From a virus (lineage: Duplodnaviria; Heunggongvirae; Uroviricota; Caudoviricetes): a DNA stretch of 64,000 nucleotides. Made by a program: the position numbers and the translations under genes. This document shows positions 45,067 through 54,770 of the stretch, in pieces. Under the pieces are notes generated by a model. The model did not search any database. It saw only the letters and a list, made by a program, of their open reading frames with translations, and was not told the origin of the DNA. Position 1 is the first letter of the stretch, and the number at the start of each line of letters is the position of its first letter. Location: positions 1 to 64,000 of the IMG/VR virus record IMGVR_UViG_3300008267_000033, one strand, 5' to 3'.

Positions 45067-45279
45067 CTATGTACTTTTAAAACTACCCCCAGTGATCTGC
45101 ACTTCCACTACTTCTGCACCACGTGCTTGTTGTTCACGCAATTGTTCCAATATTAGCAACAATTTGGTTATGTCTGCGTGTAAGTCTTTGGCATCTCGCA
45201 TGGGCATCATGAAATCTTTTTGCCCACGTGCTTCGTGTGCTTTGACGTTGTCTACAAAACGATTTATGTGTATGCTCAT
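45067..45279 (-). CDS. hypothetical small protein
   Basis: ORF track. Confidence 0.3.
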   Translation of the reverse strand: MSIHINRFVDNVKAHEARGQKDFMMPMRDAKDLHADITKLLLILEQLREQQARGAEVVEVQITGGSFKST

Positions 45280-45698
45280 TTTTTCAAGAAGGGAACCAAA
45301 TTAGGTGCAGTCCAGCCCTGAGGCTTGAGCACTTTGCCATCCTCACGCTTGCGCACCTTGCCTGTATCTCGATCAATCTTGGCAAGGTTAGTGGCCATAA
45401 CTTCTTTCCATGCACTTTCTGCATCTGCACCCATCGAATGGATAGCACCTATTGTTACAACCAGAATGTCTATAAGCGCATCCAATTGTTCTACGCGGTC
45501 ATCCGATAATGTAGCTTCCAATAATTCTTGATGTTCTTCGTTAATTAAATTAATATACATTGCATACTGTAGTTCATTAGATGAGTCTACAGTTTGATCG
45601 CAAGCTCGCATGAACTTTTCCTGATCACGAAAGGGATTTGTCACGTGCTGCCTCCTGGGTATGAAATGGACCTTGATATTGATAGCGTTCCAACACAA
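45276..45698 (-). CDS. mazG: MazG-like nucleotide pyrophosphohydrolase
   Basis: LINEEHQELLEA and DALIDILVV helices (EExxE/D motifs of the all-alpha NTP-PPase fold). Confidence 0.55.
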   Translation of the reverse strand: MCWNAINIKVHFIPRRQHVTNPFRDQEKFMRACDQTVDSSNELQYAMYINLINEEHQELLEATLSDDRVEQLDALIDILVVTIGAIHSMGADAESAWKEVMATNLAKIDRDTGKVRKREDGKVLKPQGWTAPNLVPFLKK

Positions 45699-46074
45699 TC
45701 AGCTTGGGGTTGCGAAGCAGTTTCCATGCACGATGTTGTTTCACAGCATACCAACCTGCGGCATACCAAGACTTGGATTTGCTTTCTTTGGTAAACAATG
45801 GCAACCGGTGCTTGACGTCCCACATAGGATTGAATGCTCTACAACCTGTTTCAAATCCATGCACTTGATCTGGTGCTGGTTTAGTGGTTTTTTCTGGCGG
45901 CGCAAACTCAATGCCAACTTTTTTACGCACCATGGGAATGGTCTTGAACTTGCCCACTTGATCATTAATGCGCACAGTGTAGCCATCGGCTTCAGCTTCT
46001 AACGCACCAATCTTGCGATTGTCTTTTTTAAGTATCCAATACTTTTTATCAATTACTGGCTTGGCTTCGATCAT
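45625..46074 (-). CDS. hypothetical protein
   Basis: ORF track; overlaps the mazG start region, true start probably downstream. Confidence 0.3.
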   Translation of the reverse strand: MIEAKPVIDKKYWILKKDNRKIGALEAEADGYTVRINDQVGKFKTIPMVRKKVGIEFAPPEKTTKPAPDQVHGFETGCRAFNPMWDVKHRLPLFTKESKSKSWYAAGWYAVKQHRAWKLLRNPKLIVLERYQYQGPFHTQEAARDKSLS

Positions 46075-46092
46075 CTAAAACTCCTTTGTGTG

Positions 46093-47124
46093 TTATTCGT
46101 CATAAAACAATGTGGTATTAATTTTTTTGACAATTCGTTCATAGAGATCAATCTTATGAACTTCCTTGATTTCATCTTTGATTTGCTGTGGTAATTGTTT
46201 AATATGGTCCAATGTAACCGGCGGGGTCTGTGGCCAGTCAATCCCTTTGATATCGTTATACACAGTGGTGATCCTATATCCTTCGGCTTGATTGAGTTTA
46301 AATGCACTTCCTATTTTGCATTGGTTCTGGTAAGGCATTTTTAAATACTCGAGTCTTTGGTCAGGACTAGATTTTTCAGACCATGTTAGCAACTGTTGAA
46401 AATATTTAATTTCGCTGGAATCCAAATCTTCTAATACAGAATTACTTAACCGGGCATTAACAAAAAAATATTTTGGATATTTGTCTAGTTTGGTTGAGTC
46501 TGCTAGATTACATATTTTTGCCAATAGGCCAAATTCAGAGTCTGACTCAAGAAGATTCATCCAAAAATCATAATATTCGGGCTTAGTTAGCCAGGCTGAT
46601 GAATCACCTATCATAAGTATTTTCAACTGTCCCAGGGTCTCAAGCTGTTTGACTGCATCAGTTACTGTTGGCCATTTGCTGTTGCTGTAGTCATCTTGGC
46701 ATATTAAGCCGTTAGTTGACAGATTATTTAGATAAAATTTTAGATCTGACAATGTGATATCAAAGTTTTTACTACCGTCAATATGGCAGTAAGAAAATTT
46801 AGGCCAATTAAATTGGCCCAGTATTTTACTGTCAACAGTCTTGAGCACAGATTTAGCTGCTGGCCAATGCTCGGTAGATCCAAAATGTGCTAATTCTGCA
46901 GGATCAACATCAAACACATAAAAGTCTCGACTATGCTGTTGTGACAACTCAGTCATAGCATATGTGCTACCACCAACACCAATCTCGCTTATTGCACCAT
47001 CAAGATTTGATACTGCAAGATGTCCTAGATAATAAAACAACAATGTATCGCAGTATGACTTGAGACAACAAGAAATCGAATCTTGATTAGACAATTCTAA
47101 AAATTTACAATTATCTAGTATCAT
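46093..47124 (-). CDS. SAM-dependent methyltransferase-like protein (TylF/MycF type, tentative)
   Basis: EIGVGGSTYAM and CHIDGSKNFDITLSDL resemble the macrocin O-methyltransferase family hIDgDlYeS motif; weak. Confidence 0.3.
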   Translation of the reverse strand: MILDNCKFLELSNQDSISCCLKSYCDTLLFYYLGHLAVSNLDGAISEIGVGGSTYAMTELSQQHSRDFYVFDVDPAELAHFGSTEHWPAAKSVLKTVDSKILGQFNWPKFSYCHIDGSKNFDITLSDLKFYLNNLSTNGLICQDDYSNSKWPTVTDAVKQLETLGQLKILMIGDSSAWLTKPEYYDFWMNLLESDSEFGLLAKICNLADSTKLDKYPKYFFVNARLSNSVLEDLDSSEIKYFQQLLTWSEKSSPDQRLEYLKMPYQNQCKIGSAFKLNQAEGYRITTVYNDIKGIDWPQTPPVTLDHIKQLPQQIKDEIKEVHKIDLYERIVKKINTTLFYDE

Positions 47125-48154
47125 CTAGAACTCCTTTGTATGTCTGATTCATCCAGCGACCCATGGCATCTGCATGTTCGCTGAGCTTGTTGAGCTCGTA
47201 CCGGCCACAGAACCGTAAAAAATGCGCACCTACCATGCCTACATCTCTGTGACTGATCTGCTCACGTATGGCTTCATCTACTACAGCTTTGATTGCATCA
47301 GGCTGTGCCGTTAGATCGATCAGAGTGCAATTGCGTTCATAGTCGTCCAGCACCTTGCGTTCCGTTTGTTCATGATCCATCCAACGTTGCAACATGAGAT
47401 TGTTCCAGGCATAGCCACGCCGGCCACGATCTTCAAATGCTTCTGTTAGTCCCACTTGATTCTTGGTGCCTTTCACACGCACACCAGGGTAGGCCGAGAA
47501 CACATTGTCACCTGGATCGCCACGCATGCACTTCAAGAACAGCACCCACTGTTGATAATCAACAGGTGGCACAAAGTTGGCATCGGGTTTGCCCACCTTG
47601 ATCTTTGAGTTGCTCTCAATAGTAAATGCCAAGTTTTTGCCTTTTGCGTCTGTCACACCCGTGGTACTGAACAAGTGATCGTTGATGCCATTGTACAATT
47701 TCACATTGGGTGCAATCAACTGCACAAAGTCGGAATCTGAACTGACCACAACATGTTCATCCAGGGGGTGTAGTGCAATCCAACGTGCAATGATGTCATC
47801 TGCTTCTGCTGTGGCACAACGAACAACACTACAGTTGGTTTTTGTAGACAAGTATTTAGTCAGCTCATCATAGGTTTCCCAGAACAGTTTGTCCTCTTCT
47901 GCTTCTGACTCACTCATTTGCCCACGAGCCACAGCACGGTTGGCCTTGTAGGGTCGATAGTGATCCTTGCGCCAGCTTCGACCCTCTAATGCGAATACCA
48001 CATGATCAGCACCAAGATCACGTGCCACTTTGTTGGCACTCATCAAGGTAAGATGTAGTGCAAATCCCAATTTGGTCCAAGTATCTGCGGCACGATGCGC
48101 TTGATGCCGCGCACGGAAAAACATGTTGCTTGTGTCAATCAGTAGATAGCGCAT
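47111..48154 (-). CDS. rnh: 5'-3' exonuclease / RNase H (FEN family, T4 rnh-like)
   Basis: N-terminal LLIDTSNMFFRARH matches the LIDGSNLAFR flap-endonuclease PIN motif; 347 aa. Confidence 0.65.
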   Translation of the reverse strand: MRYLLIDTSNMFFRARHQAHRAADTWTKLGFALHLTLMSANKVARDLGADHVVFALEGRSWRKDHYRPYKANRAVARGQMSESEAEEDKLFWETYDELTKYLSTKTNCSVVRCATAEADDIIARWIALHPLDEHVVVSSDSDFVQLIAPNVKLYNGINDHLFSTTGVTDAKGKNLAFTIESNSKIKVGKPDANFVPPVDYQQWVLFLKCMRGDPGDNVFSAYPGVRVKGTKNQVGLTEAFEDRGRRGYAWNNLMLQRWMDHEQTERKVLDDYERNCTLIDLTAQPDAIKAVVDEAIREQISHRDVGMVGAHFLRFCGRYELNKLSEHADAMGRWMNQTYKGVLDDTR

Positions 48155-48857
48155 GTGTGGTTACCAAGTTGTGTTGTTTGATGTATTGTAACACATACTT
48201 GGCCCAAAAGCAATGTCCTTTGGCATCAAAGTGATAGGAATTTGGTGTAACCCACTCAAATCCGTTGTTTACAAGTACAGAATTGTAACTTAGATCTCGA
48301 CTGTACGGACCAAGATAACTTTTACCAAAATCTTTTTTATCTGAGATATCACTAAATGTACTCCATCCGTTGTAAAACAAATGTGTTACTTTTTTGTCTG
48401 ATAGTTCAACGTGCAGATTCCAGATTTTTTTATACCATTCTTGAGTCTTTGCCCAGTAATCGTGATTGGCCACATATTGCTTGTAGCGTAATTGTAAATC
48501 TTTTGGAATCCAGTCAGTTCCGCTGGCGTTAACCTGGTAATAGGTACCATTGTGCAACCACTCTTCTCGTTCCCAAGTAGTCCACTGTATCACAACAAAA
48601 ACGTCTGATAAGTCTGTTTGATTATCTAGCCATTGCTGTGTGGTCCTAAGTATCCGGTCATTGCTGGATGCAGATTCTGCATCACACACCAAGTTGGCAT
48701 CTATTTGTTCTGCAAGTCGGGTACACCAACTGGCTGCTAGGTTTACAGGATGTGGACGTCGATCAATACCTGCACCACCATTGTCCACAGCAAATGCATC
48801 AGGAACAACTGCTTCTGCAGCCGCGGTGTGGCTGCAGCCATTTGCATACAGTATCAT
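48135..48857 (-). CDS. SGNH/GDSL-like hydrolase paralog (GCSH variant of block I)
   Basis: N-terminal LYANGCSHT; C-terminal ..KGHC.. (block V-like); one of six paralogs. Confidence 0.35.
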   Translation of the reverse strand: MILYANGCSHTAAAEAVVPDAFAVDNGGAGIDRRPHPVNLAASWCTRLAEQIDANLVCDAESASSNDRILRTTQQWLDNQTDLSDVFVVIQWTTWEREEWLHNGTYYQVNASGTDWIPKDLQLRYKQYVANHDYWAKTQEWYKKIWNLHVELSDKKVTHLFYNGWSTFSDISDKKDFGKSYLGPYSRDLSYNSVLVNNGFEWVTPNSYHFDAKGHCFWAKYVLQYIKQHNLVTTHALSTD

Positions 48858-49345
48858 CGCGGGCTGGGACCACCTGTGTCGTCAGCACCCACTGGTTCCC
48901 ATGCTTCAAGTTTCTTTTTCAAGAGTTCGGCATTGACCACACGCTGTCGTAATTCACTGCTACTAAACGAATGATCGCGTCCATTAAAGTGTAATTCAAT
49001 ATCACGTTTGTGACAAATCTCGCGTCCAGTGAATTCACGACCTTCGTATTCCACACCTAGTATGCGCACGTCAATGGGCAGGATCAATAACAGGTCTTCT
49101 AGATCTTTTTCTGTGTTATAAACCCAGACTTCATCCACATACTTGCAGCCTATCAATTGCAGTTGTCGCTCCACAATGCTTTGCACTGGGCGATTCTTGT
49201 TGGGTCGGTCCAAGGTGGGATCATTTTGCAATGCGCAAATCAAGTAATCGCATTCTTCTTTTGCTTCACGCAACATGGCTATGTGGCCAGCATGTAACAA
49301 ATCAAATGTGCTGGCAGTAAAGCCAACTCGTCGTCCATCCATCAT
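48854..49345 (-). CDS. cytidylyltransferase-like nucleotidyltransferase
   Basis: GFTASTFDLLHAGHIAML = HxGH nucleotidyltransferase motif (glycerol-3-P cytidylyltransferase / RfaE domain II type). Confidence 0.55.
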   Translation of the reverse strand: MMDGRRVGFTASTFDLLHAGHIAMLREAKEECDYLICALQNDPTLDRPNKNRPVQSIVERQLQLIGCKYVDEVWVYNTEKDLEDLLLILPIDVRILGVEYEGREFTGREICHKRDIELHFNGRDHSFSSSELRQRVVNAELLKKKLEAWEPVGADDTGGPSPR

Positions 49346-49356
49346 AATCTATTTCC

Positions 49357-49779
49357 TTAACTGATCTCTGTGCGCCCATCGCCGATGTCTCTGGTTCGAA
49401 CATATTGTGCACCAGAGTTACGAATGGCTTGTTCTTGTTCCCATGTTTCCATCACAACGTGTCTGCACACATTTTGGAACCACCGATCCACCAGATCCGA
49501 GTCTGCGTCTGTGGGTTTCATCATGTAACCAGCCTTGACCAATCTAGCAATGAATATCTCATTCCAGTCCAGTTCAAATGCGCCTTGGTGCAAGTTGTTG
49601 GGATCAATGTCCATGGTTACAATGGCCACATAAGGCTCACCTTTTTCAGTGGCAAGTTCTTTGGCGGTTTTTTCTGGTGCTCGGGGCACACGCAGAACCT
49701 TTTCTTTTTCCTCTTTTGCAGGAGGTTTTGTTTTAAATCTATCAAAGAATCTCATTATTTGCCCCATCCATTGCCCCAA
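49357..49779 (-). CDS. hypothetical protein
   Basis: ORF track. Confidence 0.3.
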   Translation of the reverse strand: MGQWMGQIMRFFDRFKTKPPAKEEKEKVLRVPRAPEKTAKELATEKGEPYVAIVTMDIDPNNLHQGAFELDWNEIFIARLVKAGYMMKPTDADSDLVDRWFQNVCRHVVMETWEQEQAIRNSGAQYVRTRDIGDGRTEIS

Positions 49780-50600
49780 AGATCAACGTGCAATCTGGGA
49801 CTGTACCAGTAGCCACGCTTGAGTGCTTCGTCAGCAACATTGATCCTGTTGCCATCGTATACCGACACCACACCGCCCACTGGCATCACAAACACAGGAC
49901 CACCAAACTCACGCAGGCGATATTCATCCACAGCACGATCCAGTTCGTTAAAGTCCGCAACCTTTTCCACCACAAACTTGAGATATGTCACACCGTATGT
50001 TTCGTAGTCCCATACCACGTCAGGCTTGATAGCATCCTCCCATGACTCTCCTGATACTGATAGTTTGGGACTTACACTGAAGGTGATCTCACCAAACCAA
50101 TTGCGCAAATAGTCCTTGAACTCTCGCGTCAAGTCTTGAGTACCATTGGTTTCAAATGTGATGTGTCGCAGGCCACGTTCGTGCAACACATCCAACAACT
50201 CAGGATAGGCACGTTGCCAACCCAGCAGTGGCTCGCCACCTGTGATCACAAGATGCACAGGATTGCCATTGGGTTGCAGCCAGTTACCACGGGGCAACAA
50301 TGCTGTCATCTTGTCAACCAGTTGTTCCACTGTATATGTGGGACTCAAGTGCTTGAAGTCTGGATGCCATGACGCATAACTGTCACAGCCTGTGTTCACT
50401 AGTGGCAGTTCTTCAAATGTCTTGTACAACTCCACAGTCTTGGCCACTTCGTCTGCTTCCTTACTCTTTTCTCCTGGCTTGCAACCAAATCCTGAACAGG
50501 TAAAGTTGCAACCAAACATACGCAAGAACACGCTGGGCACACCAACATAGCGTCCTTCACCTTGTGCTGAATAAAATAATTCTGATACTTTTAATTTCAT
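49755..50600 (-). CDS. queE: QueE-like 7-carboxy-7-deazaguanine synthase (radical SAM; atypical CX3CX4C cluster motif)
   Basis: MKLKVSELFYSAQGEGRYVGVPSVFLRMFGCNFTCSGFGC matches the QueE N-terminus ..EIFxSIQGEG..G.P..F.R..GC. Confidence 0.5.
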   Translation of the reverse strand: MKLKVSELFYSAQGEGRYVGVPSVFLRMFGCNFTCSGFGCKPGEKSKEADEVAKTVELYKTFEELPLVNTGCDSYASWHPDFKHLSPTYTVEQLVDKMTALLPRGNWLQPNGNPVHLVITGGEPLLGWQRAYPELLDVLHERGLRHITFETNGTQDLTREFKDYLRNWFGEITFSVSPKLSVSGESWEDAIKPDVVWDYETYGVTYLKFVVEKVADFNELDRAVDEYRLREFGGPVFVMPVGGVVSVYDGNRINVADEALKRGYWYSPRLHVDLWGNGWGK

Positions 50601-51307
50601 AATCTTGTTACCTTTGCCATGCCCGACTTGCGGGGATCTTTATTTAGATTGATACTTTCTTCATGCATTTTAACACGGGTTTCTGTTTTTGTCACCCAAC
50701 CTGGTAATACTGCATCCAAATAGGCCAAATGCTCCTCAGGACTAGGATGCGGATCGCCATTTCGATTGGGCCATCCAGTTTTGGCAAACACAGTTTTGTC
50801 ATAGCCCGGCAAGATAGTGTCCAATACATCACTGTACAATCTCATGACATCTCTGTGCAAACTAATATCATCATTGGGCCAAGGACGAGCCATGAGTTCT
50901 ACCATGCTTATGAATCGCCAGGTCAACCCTGTACGAGTTTCTAACAACGTTTTGACTGCCTTGATATATGCAAGGTCTCGTATCAAATACCCTCGCTCGT
51001 CTATGTGTGTTTTGAGATATTCTTTGTTGAATACGTTGGTTGCAAAATGCGCATTGCCTGGAGTGTGCCACCGTCCGTCAACATACCGATCTTCGCGATC
51101 TAAACTTGTCCAACAAACTATCACAGTATCGGCAACACCGAACTGATGACGTTGATCCGCTTCCATTACTGAGTTAAAAATGTAATGATTGCCGCCACCG
51201 GCCTGTCCCCAATTTTCAAAGTGATCAAATTCTGGTGCCAAGCAATCGGCCCAGGTGCTCCAACGATAGTTGGTAAAACTACACCCAAATGTAAACAGCC
51301 TTGACAT
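50597..51307 (-). CDS. SGNH/GDSL-like hydrolase paralog (GCSF variant)
   Basis: LFTFGCSFT, NWGQAGGGN (block II-like), HPSPEEH (block V-like). Confidence 0.35.
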   Translation of the reverse strand: MSRLFTFGCSFTNYRWSTWADCLAPEFDHFENWGQAGGGNHYIFNSVMEADQRHQFGVADTVIVCWTSLDREDRYVDGRWHTPGNAHFATNVFNKEYLKTHIDERGYLIRDLAYIKAVKTLLETRTGLTWRFISMVELMARPWPNDDISLHRDVMRLYSDVLDTILPGYDKTVFAKTGWPNRNGDPHPSPEEHLAYLDAVLPGWVTKTETRVKMHEESINLNKDPRKSGMAKVTRL

Positions 51308-53313
51308 CAGGTCACTAGTTGTTTTTTCTTAATTGAAAAAGCACCTTGTGCTTTGGCAGCACCTGCACCTCGACGTGTGCCCTTGACATTTTCAACACCA
51401 ATGCGATCCACTGTGGCCTTGCCAAAGTTTCTACGTCGGGCAAAATAAAACAGTTCCAAGAAACGGTTCAAACTCATGGTCTTGTCTTCGGGAAAATCCA
51501 GCCTGTATGTTGTGGCAGTTTTTTCCAAGGGCTGATTGAAACTGAGATAATCCCAGATGTTGTAATCTACATCAAGATTCATGGGATATTGATTTCTATC
51601 ATTGTACTTGATGTAGTAATTTCTTTGCAGTTTCATCAAACTGGCCAACAAATCTTCGGGCAAGTTATAACGTTGTAAAAACTTTTCCAGCACGTCATAC
51701 AGTTCATCCACACGGTCTTCCTGGTGCATGTTCATACTTGTTCTGTGAATGATGTTCCAGCCATGTATTTCTACACCAATCTTGGGATGGTTGATTTTGC
51801 CAGTCATCATCCAGTTGGCAAAGTATTGGCGTGTTTCGGCTTCTTCTTTCTTCACCCATTCATTGGTCATAAAATACTCAAACAAATCTTCATAGTAATC
51901 ATTGTAACTGATGCCCATGTACTTGTTGATGAAACGTGCAACTAGTGTAGCAAAGCCATTGATGTGGAATGTGGTTTGAAACCAGGAGAAAATCTGTGCA
52001 TCCAACATAATGGGTGTGGGCATGTCCTTGGTGCCTGTTATGACATCAATACTTTCTTCAATGTGTTCCACACTGTAACTGCCGGCAAAGTAATCTGTCA
52101 CAGGCTGACTGGTGATCTTGAACAGCTTCTTTTGCAACAGGTTCATCTCAGCATTTTCCAACAACTGTGCCTGGAACACAGTGATGCCGGTGTGCTGATT
52201 CAAGTCATACAGGGCATAGAAGTTCTTTTTCCATGTTTCCAATGTCTCACCAGGCAAGCCCAAGATCAGTTCTGTGTAAGCAGGAATGTTGCGTTGATCA
52301 CACAATTCAAACACTTCGTTTAGCTTGTTCATTTCCATGTTCTTGCGACGAATGTTTTCCAGCACGTCATGGTCCAGACTTTGCACACTCAGTGTGAGGC
52401 CTTGATTGAAGCCACGTGCATCCAGCAGTTTCTTCACAATGTCTATGACTTCTTTCTTTTGATTCTTGGCCCAGGCCACACTGAATGTTCTGGGTGAGCC
52501 ATATTTTTCTTGCATTTCAATAATCTTGTCTGCAATCATGCCATCACGTTCGGGGAACATGCCAAAGTTAGCATCAGTGATTGAGATCCAGTCAAAGTTT
52601 CGCTTGGCCATCCATTCCAGTTCTTCAAACACACGTTCAAGTTCAAACTTCTTGACCTTGTTGTAGGTCAGACTGCCCCAGTCACAAAATGTACAAGCAT
52701 AAGGGCAACCACGATTGGTTTCCAATGTGCCTTGCCATGTGACTTCGGGATGCTGAGCTATCATTTGGTCAAAGATACCTGACAAATAAGGACTGGCTAC
52801 TTCTTCCAAACTTTCAATGCGTTCAGCATCTTGTGTTTTTACTGCTTCGCCGTCTCTGTTGATCAATAGACCTGGCACTGTTTCCCAGTCTTGAGTTTCA
52901 AAATGTTCCAACACACGTTTGAAAGTTATCTCACCTTCATAACAAATCACAAGATCTATAAACGGTTCTTTGACAAACAATTCGGGATCAGTTATGGCCA
53001 CTTCTGGTCCACCAAATATGGTCAACACTGAGGGATTGATTTCTTTGATACGTCGAGCCAGGGCGTAGTTGTAACGATGATTCCACACATACGTACTGAA
53101 GGTTACAATTTCGTTCTTGGCCAAGCGTTGTGCCAATGGCTCCACAGCATCTCTACGCCAAATCCAATCTGTAACTTCAAATTGTTCACGTATGCAAGGA
53201 TCTGCCAGGCTGTAACTCCATACCACACCTGCTGAATATGGCAGGTAATATGCGTTGAATTCTTTTGGCCCTTGTTGAAAGTTGGGCTGAACAAAGGCTA
53301 GTTTATATGTCAT
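51307..53313 (-). CDS. B12-binding-domain radical SAM (class B) protein
   Basis: TNRGCPYACTFC (CxxxCxxC) after an N-terminal B12-binding-like Rossmann region; 668 aa. Confidence 0.6.
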   Translation of the reverse strand: MTYKLAFVQPNFQQGPKEFNAYYLPYSAGVVWSYSLADPCIREQFEVTDWIWRRDAVEPLAQRLAKNEIVTFSTYVWNHRYNYALARRIKEINPSVLTIFGGPEVAITDPELFVKEPFIDLVICYEGEITFKRVLEHFETQDWETVPGLLINRDGEAVKTQDAERIESLEEVASPYLSGIFDQMIAQHPEVTWQGTLETNRGCPYACTFCDWGSLTYNKVKKFELERVFEELEWMAKRNFDWISITDANFGMFPERDGMIADKIIEMQEKYGSPRTFSVAWAKNQKKEVIDIVKKLLDARGFNQGLTLSVQSLDHDVLENIRRKNMEMNKLNEVFELCDQRNIPAYTELILGLPGETLETWKKNFYALYDLNQHTGITVFQAQLLENAEMNLLQKKLFKITSQPVTDYFAGSYSVEHIEESIDVITGTKDMPTPIMLDAQIFSWFQTTFHINGFATLVARFINKYMGISYNDYYEDLFEYFMTNEWVKKEEAETRQYFANWMMTGKINHPKIGVEIHGWNIIHRTSMNMHQEDRVDELYDVLEKFLQRYNLPEDLLASLMKLQRNYYIKYNDRNQYPMNLDVDYNIWDYLSFNQPLEKTATTYRLDFPEDKTMSLNRFLELFYFARRRNFGKATVDRIGVENVKGTRRGAGAAKAQGAFSIKKKQLVT

Positions 53314-53325
53314 CCTGTATTTACG

Positions 53326-54159
53326 TCATTTGGCAAAGTGCCGGTGTGGATTGTCAAATTGCACCATTTGCTTGTTGACATCATTCTGGGCTAATTTTTC
53401 CCAAGGATCTTGTGTGCCTTTGAATATGTTTGTAAAGAATTCAGTACTAATTCCTTGGTTGTGCATGTGCGTGGCCAACTTGACACAGTCCTGATGTCGT
53501 AGTTCAATCTGAGTCTTGCTGTGGAAATCTGCTTCGTCAAATGGACGTCCTTCTAGTGATGCACGTTCTTTGAATGTGGCATCGTTGTTGTTGCCCGTGA
53601 TGTCAGCACGGTCATGCAACACCCAAACAGGTATGCGTTCCCAAATGTCCAACATGTAGGCCTGTTGACTGAGCCAGCCATCTTGCACACTGTGCGGACT
53701 GATATAGCCCAACAACTCATACCACTTGCGTGGCAGTATGGGAAAGATGCTGTAGGGATGATCCAAGTGAGTGTGGAATGCCAGCAGTTTGAATTCCCCT
53801 TCACGGTTCATAATCTCTGTGTCCCAACTTTTGGTCTCCATCACAGCATCATCGTTCCAGATCATCAGCCAACTAGCATCTGTATGTTCGGCCAGTTTGT
53901 TGTTGTACACATTGAGTCTATGGTAGCCCTGGCGTTCAAACTGCATGGCAGTATAACTGAGTTCTTGCTGGTCCAGCCATGGCTGTAGTTCAGTACGGAA
54001 GTATTCAGTGCCTGCTGCATCGTCATTGTCAAACGCAAACATCAATTGTAGTCGGTCAGGACGATCAGCAAGACTGATCAGGCTGCGAACACTGCGACCT
54101 AAACTTTCAGTGCGGCCTCGTGTGGCCAACAGCATTGCAATATCGTACTCAGGTGTCAT
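53326..54159 (-). CDS. hypothetical protein
   Basis: ORF track; no motif recognised. Confidence 0.3.
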   Translation of the reverse strand: MTPEYDIAMLLATRGRTESLGRSVRSLISLADRPDRLQLMFAFDNDDAAGTEYFRTELQPWLDQQELSYTAMQFERQGYHRLNVYNNKLAEHTDASWLMIWNDDAVMETKSWDTEIMNREGEFKLLAFHTHLDHPYSIFPILPRKWYELLGYISPHSVQDGWLSQQAYMLDIWERIPVWVLHDRADITGNNNDATFKERASLEGRPFDEADFHSKTQIELRHQDCVKLATHMHNQGISTEFFTNIFKGTQDPWEKLAQNDVNKQMVQFDNPHRHFAK

Positions 54160-54689
54160 GCAAACAAATCCTCATTCCATTCTCTATGGCCTTCTCTAAA
54201 AGCCATATTTGATTGTGTTTCTCTCACTTCTACTCGGTAGCACCACAAGCGTTGTGCCTCACCAGGCCCCCACATGTCGGGAATGTACACACCGTTCACG
54301 TACCGGTACAACTGATCAGCAAGACCTTCGCAGCCTAGTTTGGGTAATATAGTTAGCTTGGCAATGTTTCTGCGTTGCATTTCCCGGTAGAACTCCAATT
54401 CAGGATCGTCTTCTGCCACCAACAAGGTGTGATCAAATTGACTTTCCAACACTGCCTTGAGCTCTTTGAGTCCACCATAGTCAGCGGCCCAGTTGCGTGT
54501 GTCCAACTGATCTGTTCCAAAGTAGAACTTCATGGAGAAACTGTAACCATGTATCAAATTGCAATGGCTGTCTGCCCGCCACTGACGATATGCACATGGA
54601 AATGCATCGTGGTATTCTTTGGTACTGGTATATTTGTATTGTCTTGCGGACATCCAACGGTGTCCCACTTCATTTTGATCTTGTGTCAT
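54156..54689 (-). CDS. queD: 6-carboxytetrahydropterin synthase QueD / PTPS-like
   Basis: SHCNLIHGYSF = Cx3HGH(Y) PTPS/QueD motif; own promoter (TTTACA-17-TATAAT) and GGAGAA SD. Confidence 0.55.
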   Translation of the reverse strand: MTQDQNEVGHRWMSARQYKYTSTKEYHDAFPCAYRQWRADSHCNLIHGYSFSMKFYFGTDQLDTRNWAADYGGLKELKAVLESQFDHTLLVAEDDPELEFYREMQRRNIAKLTILPKLGCEGLADQLYRYVNGVYIPDMWGPGEAQRLWCYRVEVRETQSNMAFREGHREWNEDLFA

Positions 54690-54707
54690 GCTTTTTCTCC
54701 TATGTTA

Positions 54708-54736
54708 ATTATAGCATAGGCGGCAGAGTTTGTAAA
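54708..54736 (-). promoter_or_regulatory. sigma70-type promoter (TTTACA-17-TATAAT) for queD
   Basis: -35 at 54731-36, -10 at 54708-13, GGAGAA SD, ATG 54687-89. Confidence 0.55.
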
Positions 54737-54770
54737 GCGGGAATGACGCCAAGACCGCTTAAAGGAATAC

